A model generated the notes under the pieces. That model did not search any database. It saw only the letters and a list, made by a program, of their open reading frames with translations, and was not told the origin of the DNA. Source: Gemmatimonadales bacterium (GTDB lineage: Bacteria > Gemmatimonadota > Gemmatimonadetes > Gemmatimonadales > GWC2-71-9). From it: DNA of 64,000 nucleotides. The stretch lies in contig JBFJCP010000015.1 of assembly GCA_041615815.1 (NCBI GenBank), positions 1-64,000 of the forward strand. Reading direction: 5' to 3'. The stretch's first letter is position 1. The number at the start of each line of letters is the position of its first letter. Positions 56,178 through 64,000 of the stretch are shown piece after piece. The translations under genes were made by a program, and so were the position numbers.

Positions 56178-58565
56178 ATGTTCTCACGAAGCTTCGGCGC
56201 GCCACTCGTGCTGTTGGCAACCATCGCGACCGGCTGTCTGGTAGACGGACCGCAAGTCCCCGCCTCGATCGTGTTGGACGCCGGCACGGTCACGTTCGAT
56301 GCCATTGGCGCCACCCAGCAACTGACGGCCACGGTGCTGGATCAGGACGGAAGCCCCATCGCCGATGCCACCGTGCATTGGTCCACGGGGGATGATCAGG
56401 TGGCGATCGTGAACGCCAATGGCTTGGTCACGGCCATGGGCAACGGCGGCACGCAGATCACGGCGACCGTCGACCTGGTGACGGGTCAGACCACCGTCAC
56501 GGTCCAACAAACGCCGGCCCAGGCCACGGCGGCGTCCGGCAACGCGCAGATGGGAACAGCCGGCAGCGCGCTGGGCGATCCCGTTGTCGTGAGAATCACC
56601 GACCGACTCGACCAACCGATCCAAGGGGTTGCCGTCACCTTCGCGGTCACCGGAGGCGGCGGCAGCGTGGATCCCACGGCGGACACGACAGGGGTCACGG
56701 GTGAGGCCGCGGCGACCTGGACGCTGGGACCAGCCGTGGGGAGCAACACCCTCGAAGTCACGATTGGCGGCATTGCCCCGGTCAGCTTCACAGCCACGGC
56801 CATGACTGGCCCACCGGCAACCGTGGCCGCGGCGGGAGGGGACGGGCAAACCGCAACGGTCGATACGCCGGTCTCCACCGCCCCTTCCGTGATCGTCACC
56901 GACGCCGGCGGTCGCGCCGTGGAAGGCGTGACCGTCACCTTCCAAGTGGCCACGGGAGGCGGAAGCGTCACGGGAGGCACCCAGACCACGGATGCCACCG
57001 GAACCGCCACGGTGGGCGCGTGGCGGTTGGGCCAGACTGCCGGGCAAAACACACTCACCGCAACGGTCTCCGGGCTGCCGGCGGTCCCGTTCGCGGCCAC
57101 TGGGGAGGCAGGGCCCGCCACCAATCTCGCGATCGCTGACGGGGACGGCCAATCGGCATCGGTGAATACCGACGTGGCGGTTCCTCCGGCGGTGCTCGTG
57201 ACGGACGCCTTCGCCAACCCGGTGGCAGGCGAGAGTGTGGCGTTCGTCGTGACGGTCGGGGGTGGCATGGTCAGCGGATCCCCGGCGCTAAGCGGAAGCG
57301 ACGGCATCGCGCAGGTGACCGCCTGGACCCTGGGCCCGGCCGAAGGCGCCAACGCGCTGGAAGCGGCGGCGGCCGCGACCGGCCCCGTGACCTTCAACGC
57401 TACGGGGACGGCGGGGACGTCGCCGGGCTCGGTGATGATCGCGGACGGTGATGGGCAGACCGGGCTAGTGAGTACCCCTGTGAATTTTGCCCCTGCCGTG
57501 CAACTGCTGGACGCGGGCGGCAATCCGGTGGCCGGTGTCGAGGTGGTGTTTGCACCGACGAGTGGCGGGGGAAGCGTGACCGGCGGAACGATCATGACTG
57601 ACACCAACGGAAGGGCGGCTGTGGGAGGCTGGACGCTCGGCCCGTCCGCTGGCACTCACACGCTCACCGCCACGGTGACCGGGAGTGGTATCACAAACAA
57701 CCCGATCACGTTTACGGCTACGGCGGTCACAGCGGCGTTCGACATCGAGGTTCGGCACGTGGCGTCACCCACCGCCTCACAACAGGCGGCGTTCGACAAC
57801 GCCGTGGCTCGGTGGGAGCAGCTTTTGATCGGGGACCTGACAGATGTCGATTTCACGTCCAGCCCGGTGGCGGCCGGTGCGTGCGGCGTCGATCATCCCC
57901 AAATCAACGAGGTAGTGGACGACCTGATCATCTACGCCGAGCTGGAGCCGATCGATGGCCCGGGATCGGTCTTGGGATCGGCCGGGCCCTGCATCGTACG
58001 GTCGGGCGGCGGGCTCACGATCGTGGGCATCATGCGCTTCGATACGGACGATCTCGACGGCCTCGAATCGTCGGGTCAACTCGAGGCCGTGATCCTCCAC
58101 GAGATGGGGCACGTCCTGGGGCTGGGCACGTTGTGGGGTGGCTTCCTGCAAAACCCCTCGCTCCCCAACAGTCCGGGTGTGGATACACACTTCGACGGCG
58201 CCACGGCGATCAAGGCGTTCGACCTCGCGGGTGGCACCGACTACGGCGGCGGCGCCAAGGTACCGGTCGAGAACGAGCAGGGCGGACAGGGAACCCGGGA
58301 CGCGCACTGGCGGGAATCGGTGTTCGATACGGAACTCATGACCGGGTTCCTCGACAGCGGGGCCAATCAGCTTTCCATCGTGACCGTCGGCTCGTTTGGT
58401 GACATCGGGTATCTATTCAGTTTTGCTGGGACGGACGAATATGCCACACCGGCCCCGATGGCTGCGGCCGTAGCCGGCGGCCATATCGAGTTGGTGGATG
58501 ACCTCTGGTTTGGGCCGCTGTGGATGGTGGACGCGGTGGGGAGGGTGACCCGCTCGGTGCGGTGA
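56178..58565 (+). CDS. Ig-like repeat lipoprotein with C-terminal leishmanolysin-like (M8) zinc metalloprotease
   Basis: ATGC lipobox; one Big_2-like plus four Big_1-like repeats (GDGQ...P...V.F....GGG...W.LG); HEMGH, HWRE and ELMTG Met-turn. Confidence 0.88.
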   Translation: MFSRSFGAPLVLLATIATGCLVDGPQVPASIVLDAGTVTFDAIGATQQLTATVLDQDGSPIADATVHWSTGDDQVAIVNANGLVTAMGNGGTQITATVDLVTGQTTVTVQQTPAQATAASGNAQMGTAGSALGDPVVVRITDRLDQPIQGVAVTFAVTGGGGSVDPTADTTGVTGEAAATWTLGPAVGSNTLEVTIGGIAPVSFTATAMTGPPATVAAAGGDGQTATVDTPVSTAPSVIVTDAGGRAVEGVTVTFQVATGGGSVTGGTQTTDATGTATVGAWRLGQTAGQNTLTATVSGLPAVPFAATGEAGPATNLAIADGDGQSASVNTDVAVPPAVLVTDAFANPVAGESVAFVVTVGGGMVSGSPALSGSDGIAQVTAWTLGPAEGANALEAAAAATGPVTFNATGTAGTSPGSVMIADGDGQTGLVSTPVNFAPAVQLLDAGGNPVAGVEVVFAPTSGGGSVTGGTIMTDTNGRAAVGGWTLGPSAGTHTLTATVTGSGITNNPITFTATAVTAAFDIEVRHVASPTASQQAAFDNAVARWEQLLIGDLTDVDFTSSPVAAGACGVDHPQINEVVDDLIIYAELEPIDGPGSVLGSAGPCIVRSGGGLTIVGIMRFDTDDLDGLESSGQLEAVILHEMGHVLGLGTLWGGFLQNPSLPNSPGVDTHFDGATAIKAFDLAGGTDYGGGAKVPVENEQGGQGTRDAHWRESVFDTELMTGFLDSGANQLSIVTVGSFGDIGYLFSFAGTDEYATPAPMAAAVAGGHIELVDDLWFGPLWMVDAVGRVTRSVR

Positions 58566-58646
58566 CCGGGGCGGGGAGCCGACCCTCCTCAGGCCGTCAT
58601 GGAGCCTGGGGCACCGGGTCGTCGCCCGCCAGGACACCCGGCTCGT

Positions 58647-59837
58647 CTACGCCGCGCTCGGAGACGGCTCCAACAGCTCCGTGGCGATCGCCTCGAGCAT
58701 GAGCTCACGCGCGCGAGCCACGATTTCGTCGAGCGAGGGTGTGGTCGCGAAGACCTTCCGGGCCCGTTCACGTAGTTGGTCCACGGTTGGCACGTGCGGC
58801 AAGTGCATCTCGCTGAGCATGGCCACCGCATCGGCGCGGGCGGTGCGCGCCCGAGCACGCAGCTCCTCGAGCGTGGGCGTGTGTGCCCATGCCTCCCGCA
58901 GTTGGGCGCCCATCCGCTCGACCGACAACGTCGCCGCGAGCTGCCGCGCCACCTTCTCGACCGTACGGCGACCCAGCTTCCGCTCGTTGCGTACGAGAGC
59001 CCTGGGCGGCTCGTTGAGATCCCACACGATGCGTGCCCACGACAGCAGCTTGAGGGCATAATACGTGGGATCGAACTCCCACCACCGAAATCCCTGACGG
59101 GTGGACGCCATGTAGGCGTGGTGATTGTTGTGCCACCCCTCGCCCAGGGTGATGAGTGCCAGCCACCAGTTGTTCCGCGAATCGTCGCCGGTCACATACC
59201 GCTGCTTCCCATAGACATGCGCCAGCGAGTTGATGCTGAATGAGCCGTGGTACAGAAGCACCGTGCTCCAAAAAAAGCCAACCACCAGCCCCGGCCAGCC
59301 AGCCAAAAGCCACGTTCCCACCCCCAGCAGCGTGGCCGGCACGTAGGGGTGCCGGTCCAGCCAGACCAGTTCGGGAAATCGTGTGAGGTCGGGAACCGCC
59401 GAGTAGTCCGTCTCCGTCTGGCGCGGCACGAAGATCCAGCCCACGTGCGCATACCAGAATCCCCGCTGCCCTGGGGAGTGGACATCCAATTCGGAATCGG
59501 AGTGCTTGTGGTGGTGCCGGTGTTTCGCGGCCCACCACAGAATCCCGCGCTGGGCCGAGCTCTGGGCGAGCGCCGCGAGGACGAACTGGCCAACCCGGCT
59601 CGTCCTGAAGGCCCGGTGCGAAAAGTAGCGGTGATAGCCCGCCGTCACCGCAAACATGCGCATGAAATAGAGGACGACGCCGATCGCCAGCGCCTCAAGA
59701 GTGACCCCAGTCCAGAACGCGGCCAGACAGACCAGATGCACGAGCACGAACGGGATCGGCCCGGGATAGATGATGTCGTCGTGCGGTTGGGGCTGGGGCG
59801 CTTGCCAGCCACGGGAAATGGTGCCCTTCGACGCCAT
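58647..59837 (-). CDS. Acyl-CoA (delta-9-type) desaturase
   Basis: His boxes HRYFSH, HRHHH and HNNHH; GGAGG RBS. Confidence 0.92.
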   Translation of the reverse strand: MASKGTISRGWQAPQPQPHDDIIYPGPIPFVLVHLVCLAAFWTGVTLEALAIGVVLYFMRMFAVTAGYHRYFSHRAFRTSRVGQFVLAALAQSSAQRGILWWAAKHRHHHKHSDSELDVHSPGQRGFWYAHVGWIFVPRQTETDYSAVPDLTRFPELVWLDRHPYVPATLLGVGTWLLAGWPGLVVGFFWSTVLLYHGSFSINSLAHVYGKQRYVTGDDSRNNWWLALITLGEGWHNNHHAYMASTRQGFRWWEFDPTYYALKLLSWARIVWDLNEPPRALVRNERKLGRRTVEKVARQLAATLSVERMGAQLREAWAHTPTLEELRARARTARADAVAMLSEMHLPHVPTVDQLRERARKVFATTPSLDEIVARARELMLEAIATELLEPSPSAA

Positions 59838-60021
59838 GCGCATCCTCCGGATGGTGGAATGATCCAACGACGGACTGAACCGAGGAGTGCATCGCGGTGG
59901 GCGCAGCACCAGCGTTCGAGCCACCCCAAAAGGGGGCGGCGGCTGGGGAAGATACCGGCTCTGCGGTTCTTGTCGGCAGCTGCAAGCTAACGGAAGACCG
60001 TGTCCGACACCAGCCTACGCC

Positions 60022-60050
60022 TTTTCAGAATGCCCTCAACCCGCTATAAT
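60022..60050 (+). promoter_or_regulatory. Sigma70-type promoter
   Basis: TTTTCA-N17-TATAAT. Confidence 0.5.
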
Positions 60051-60228
60051 TCGAGGGCGGAGAATTAGCCATCGAACTCCGTCTTTCCGATGTTTCGCTT
60101 CCTCCTGGAGTCGCGATCGTTCATTCAGTGTCGCATTGGTCCACGCTCCCGTCTGTGACGTTCGGTCGCTTTCGGGTCCTCATCGGGCCGGGAGCGCCCG
60201 GCACCTTAGCTCGCGATGGCGTTGCGGC

Positions 60229-60441
60229 ATGACGGAGATCCCCACGCGGTACTTCAGATTCAAAAAGAACCGCTGCCCCCGTTCGGTGAAATGGCTTGAC
60301 CGCGACGGGATTTATGAAGGCAAGTTGATGTCGATGACGAAACGGGTCGTTCGCCTGTATGCTCCGGAGGGAACACCCGACGACCCGCATGTCGATGTCT
60401 CCTACGATTGGCTCATTCCGGTGCAAGGAGGCCCGCATTGA
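60229..60441 (+). CDS. Small basic hypothetical protein
   Basis: 70-aa ORF whose stop overlaps the next start (TTGA). Confidence 0.55.
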   Translation: MTEIPTRYFRFKKNRCPRSVKWLDRDGIYEGKLMSMTKRVVRLYAPEGTPDDPHVDVSYDWLIPVQGGPH

Positions 60442-61124
60442 AGTTGTCACCCCCGCTGAAAAAGCCCGTGAAGGTGGGAGAACTGTTGCGTCGACGCTTG
60501 AAAGAGACCGAGCGCACGCCGGAGGAGTTGGCCGAGGCGGCGCAGGTACCACCGGAGTACATCGACGACCTGCTCGCCGGTCGGCGACGTCCTCCGCGTC
60601 CCGGACGTACGGATCTCTACCAGAAGATGACGGCCTTTCTCCGGCTCAGTCGGAACGATCTCGCGTTGTGCGCTCGGGCCGAGCGAGAGGAGAGCGCGCC
60701 GAAGCGGGCTGCCGGTCCCAAGCCCAAGGTCCGGCGCTTGCTGCTCGAGTTGTGCGAGCCGACGACGGCCGAGGAGCTCGAGCGCCGGCGAACCAAAGAC
60801 GGGGGGGCTGAATTCGTCGACCTCATCCAGCGCCTACTCGACGTGGCTCAGGGGGCGGTGCGCAAGGTGTTGGACGACCAAATCGGGCTCCGGATTGCGG
60901 CCGAGCGAAGCGGCGGGAGTTACGTCGCCGCCCGCTTCAGCGTCTTGGAGTTTCTGGACGCAACGCCGGACAGCCTCACGGTCGATCACCTCACACGGTT
61001 TCTGCGGCCTCGCGTGGCCATGTGGGACGTCGACTTGGAAACCGGCGTCCTGCGCGTCGTGCTGCGCGGTCAGGAGCCTCAAGATCGGTATCGACGCAAG
61101 CCAAGCCGCAAGGCGGCCTTCTAG
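60438..61124 (+). CDS. XRE/Cro-like HTH domain protein
   Basis: AGGAGG RBS before TTG; VGELLRRRL...TPEELAEAAQVPPEYIDDLLAGRRRP. Confidence 0.72.
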   Translation: MKLSPPLKKPVKVGELLRRRLKETERTPEELAEAAQVPPEYIDDLLAGRRRPPRPGRTDLYQKMTAFLRLSRNDLALCARAEREESAPKRAAGPKPKVRRLLLELCEPTTAEELERRRTKDGGAEFVDLIQRLLDVAQGAVRKVLDDQIGLRIAAERSGGSYVAARFSVLEFLDATPDSLTVDHLTRFLRPRVAMWDVDLETGVLRVVLRGQEPQDRYRRKPSRKAAF

Positions 61125-61452
61125 CAGGAGGCCGTCCACGCCCGGCGTCCACAGCCGGGATCCACCGCTCGCAGCATACATCCGCCGAGCCTTCGCACCA
61201 TCAAATGGACGGAGGCTCGGCGTTTCACTGCAGCCCTCGCAGCGGTCTCGATCGGCGGAGCCGGCTCACAACCACTCACGGTGCGGGCCACCCCTGTACC
61301 CGCCCTGCAACCAACTTCACTAATTCCTCATCGATGGCGCCCCATGCTTCAACGGTATCCCTCGGTGCACTTGTCAGTGACGGCGAGGTGCCGTGGGAAT
61401 GTTGGGACTGAAGGAGTTTCTCCTTGTTTCCTACGGGTGTTGGGAGGGCGTT

Positions 61453-61626
61453 ATGAAACCCACGATGGAAAGGGATCGAATCCAAGCCCTCGAAGACCGA
61501 CTGGCGAGCCTGGAGGAGCAGTACCGGCACCTGAACCGTCGGACCGCGGAGCTCGACCGGTTGGCCGAAGAGGTCGCGAATCTCAAGATCGAGATCGAAG
61601 AACGCACCGTGTTTGGGGAAGGATGA
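61453..61626 (+). CDS. Small coiled-coil protein
   Basis: GGGAGG RBS; heptad pattern IQALEDRLASLEEQY. Confidence 0.6.
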   Translation: MKPTMERDRIQALEDRLASLEEQYRHLNRRTAELDRLAEEVANLKIEIEERTVFGEG

Positions 61627-61635
61627 GGTAACGCG

Positions 61636-62181
61636 ATGACGGCGGTACGGGATCTCATGTCGACGGATCTGACGGCCGTGAGTTCCGAGCTCACGCTGCG
61701 GGACCTCGTCACTCTCTTGGATGACCGTCACATCAGCGGCGCCCCGGTGGTGGCAGGTGGAAAGGTGTTGGGGGTGATCACGGCGAGTGATGTGTTGGGA
61801 TTTGAAGCAATGACGCCGGCCGTTCCGCGTGGCCGCGGCGACGAGCCGGACTGGGAACTGGAGCGAGCCCCGGAATGGGAAGAGGGGAGCGAAGCACCGG
61901 GAGCCTTTTTCAGCGACTGGTGGGCGGAGACCGGTGCCGATCTCGTGGCACGGTTTGAGAACGTCGCCACGCCCGAGTGGGATATGCTCGCCGAGCATAC
62001 GGTCGGTGAAGCCATGACCCGATCGGTCTGCTCCATCCAACCCGGCACCACCATCAACGAAGCAGCGGCATACATGATCCGAGCCGGCATCCACCGGTTG
62101 CTGGTCCTGGAGGACGGGAAACTCGTGGGATTGATCACGACCACGGATATCGTCCGCGCACTCGCCGAGGGACGGTTCTAG
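61636..62181 (+). CDS. CBS-domain pair protein
   Basis: VRDLMS...ISGAPVV...GVITASD and VGEAMT...IHRLLV...GLITTTD. Confidence 0.9.
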   Translation: MTAVRDLMSTDLTAVSSELTLRDLVTLLDDRHISGAPVVAGGKVLGVITASDVLGFEAMTPAVPRGRGDEPDWELERAPEWEEGSEAPGAFFSDWWAETGADLVARFENVATPEWDMLAEHTVGEAMTRSVCSIQPGTTINEAAAYMIRAGIHRLLVLEDGKLVGLITTTDIVRALAEGRF

Positions 62182-62405
62182 TGGCCCGTGCAAGACAGCG
62201 CTGGATGTTCGGGGCCGTGGGGATGGGTGCCCTGTGGCTCCTACCCCTCCTCGTGTGGTGGGTGGTGCGGTGGAGTATGGACTATCAGGTAACGGCCGGG
62301 GCATTCGTCGTCGCGATCGGCTTATCGCTCATCCCGCCGGTCGTGCTGACGTGGGCATGGCTCTACCGTCTGACGAGCCGTGGTTCGGCGGGCCCCGAAG
62401 ACTGA
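62181..62405 (+). CDS. Small two-TM membrane protein
   Basis: Start overlaps the CBS stop; two hydrophobic helices. Confidence 0.5.
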   Translation: MARARQRWMFGAVGMGALWLLPLLVWWVVRWSMDYQVTAGAFVVAIGLSLIPPVVLTWAWLYRLTSRGSAGPED

Positions 62406-62406
62406 G

Positions 62407-64000
62407 TTAGCGCGGCGGCGCGGGTGCATCACCCGCGCTGCCTTCGGATCTCGATCGCGTCTCGAGTGTCTCGATCACTCCCGCACCGACGCTGTCACCC
62501 CAGACGTTCACGGTGGTGCGAAACCGGTCGAGGAGCCAGTCCACGGCCAGGATGAGTGCGATGCCCTCAATGGGGAGCCCCACGGCGCGTAGCACGATCA
62601 CCATAGTCACCAATCCAGCTTCGGGAATGCCCGCAGCACCGATCGCGGCCAGCGTCGCCGTCACGAAGATCAACGCCTGCATGCCGGGACTGAGTGAGAT
62701 TCCGTAGACCTGGGCGATGAACATCGCCGCCACCGCCTCATAGAGTGCGGTCCCATCCATGTTGATCGTGGCACCCAGCGGCAGCACGAACCCCGCGGTC
62801 CGGTTCGACACCCCGTTCCGTTGCTCCACACCTTGAATCGTGAGCGGGAGCGTGGCCGAGCTGGACGACGTGGACAGGGCGTTGAGCAAGGCGGCCCCCA
62901 TGCCTTTGACATACGTCCACGGATCTCGTTTGCCCACTAGCTTGAGAATCAACGGTAGTACGACCAGTCCGTGGACGGCCAGCCCCAACACCACGGCGCC
63001 GAAGTACTTGCCCAAGGCAAACAGCTCTGGCAAGAAGCCGACGAAACCGCCGGCCCGACCAATCCGCGGCGCCACCAGACCGAAGATCCCGACTGGCGCG
63101 ATGACCATCACCCAGGCCACGAGACGCATCACGGCATCGTTGAGGCTGGTGAGCACTTCGATCGTCGTGCGCACGCGCGGGCCGAGCAGCGACAATGCGA
63201 TGCCGATCAGGATCGAAAAAATGATCAGCGGCAGGATCTCCATCTGTGCCATGGCGGCGAACACGTTTCGCGGGATCAGACCCTGCGTGCCACGTTCCTC
63301 GTTGCCCAAGAGCACCTCGTGTAGTGCACCGCCGATGCTCTGGGCTTCCACATCGCGCAGCTCGGGCGTCACCGGGAGTGTGATACCGATCCCGGTCCCC
63401 GTGTCCGCCACGGTCGGCTCGGTCGACACCAACTCGCCTTCCACCCGCCGAAACGGCAACCGGGTGCCGTCGTCGGCCGTGATGTAGAAGAGGTCTCCAG
63501 TCTCGACCTTCTCCCAGAGCCGGACCGTGACGGTGCTGTCCGCGATCGACTCGATCCTACCTTGCACGTCCTGGTCGAGGAGCACCACGACGTACTTGTC
63601 GGAGTAGCCCGTACGATCCCATGAGGCGCCCCCGAGCGTGACCGTGTGATTTGCCGGTCCGGTCACCGTGTAGGCGCGGTCCGGATGAGACTCTCCCGGG
63701 GCGACACCCTCCCCTGGCCGAACGATGTTGACCACCGCGAGTCCCGCGGTCACCGCCAACGCCGTGGTCGCCGTGTAATAAAGGATTGTTCGCCAGCCCA
63801 AGGATCCGACGTTGCGGATGTCGCCGAGCGCCGTGATCCCCGTAATCATCGAGAGCATCACGAGCGGGATCACGAGCATCATGAGGAGGTTGAGAAATAC
63901 GTCGCCGAGGATGGCGAACCGGACAGCCAGACGCGGCAGGAACCCTCCCATCACCGTCCCCAGGATGATGGCGACGATGATGCCGAGCACGATGTGATCG
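62407..64000 (-). CDS. Dicarboxylate/amino acid:cation symporter (DAACS/SLC1); 5-prime end probably outside the window
   Basis: STSSSSATLP, PLGATINMDGTALYE and AVDWLLDRFRTTVNVWGD motifs. Confidence 0.93.
   Translation of the reverse strand, partial: DHIVLGIIVAIILGTVMGGFLPRLAVRFAILGDVFLNLLMMLVIPLVMLSMITGITALGDIRNVGSLGWRTILYYTATTALAVTAGLAVVNIVRPGEGVAPGESHPDRAYTVTGPANHTVTLGGASWDRTGYSDKYVVVLLDQDVQGRIESIADSTVTVRLWEKVETGDLFYITADDGTRLPFRRVEGELVSTEPTVADTGTGIGITLPVTPELRDVEAQSIGGALHEVLLGNEERGTQGLIPRNVFAAMAQMEILPLIIFSILIGIALSLLGPRVRTTIEVLTSLNDAVMRLVAWVMVIAPVGIFGLVAPRIGRAGGFVGFLPELFALGKYFGAVVLGLAVHGLVVLPLILKLVGKRDPWTYVKGMGAALLNALSTSSSSATLPLTIQGVEQRNGVSNRTAGFVLPLGATINMDGTALYEAVAAMFIAQVYGISLSPGMQALIFVTATLAAIGAAGIPEAGLVTMVIVLRAVGLPIEGIALILAVDWLLDRFRTTVNVWGDSVGAGVIETLETRSRSEGSAGDAPAPPR

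Overview
This is a GC-rich bacterial chromosomal segment with about 58 CDS. I found no rRNA, tRNA, CRISPR array or mobile element. The gene content suggests Gemmatimonadota (inference): ADOP permeases, a VPS10/BNR protein, Ig-repeat lipoproteins, a D-aminoacylase and a TonB receptor. Main blocks: (1) 4.2-14.8 kb, a nitrosative/oxidative respiration locus. It holds a heme-copper-oxidase-superfamily enzyme whose active-site Tyr is replaced by Gln (GHSSQQ; eNOR-type NO reductase), a CuA subunit II, two small subunits, SCO and an Rrf2 regulator. Divergent from these is an operon for a Rieske-less cytochrome b-ferredoxin-MvhD fusion, a Cys/His/Met partner, a 12-TM His-rich membrane protein, DUF59 and DUF2249-ScdA_N. 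(2) 24.2-26.7 kb, a compact RiPP-like operon: a 58-aa twin-arginine/WxxP precursor, a PqqD/RRE, an HPr-kinase-like kinase and a nucleotidyltransferase, with no lasso cyclase or peptidase. This is the best candidate for an undescribed system. (3) 27-35 kb, a stress island: ATP-grasp ligase, class II amidotransferase, hemerythrin, Usp, Ca-ATPase and Na/Ca antiporter. (4) 35.5-40.7 kb, an RNA/translation cluster (DEAD helicase, csp, rpsU, infA, short rho) with structured leaders. (5) Envelope, transport and peptidase genes. All calls are motif-based by eye; no database searches were run.
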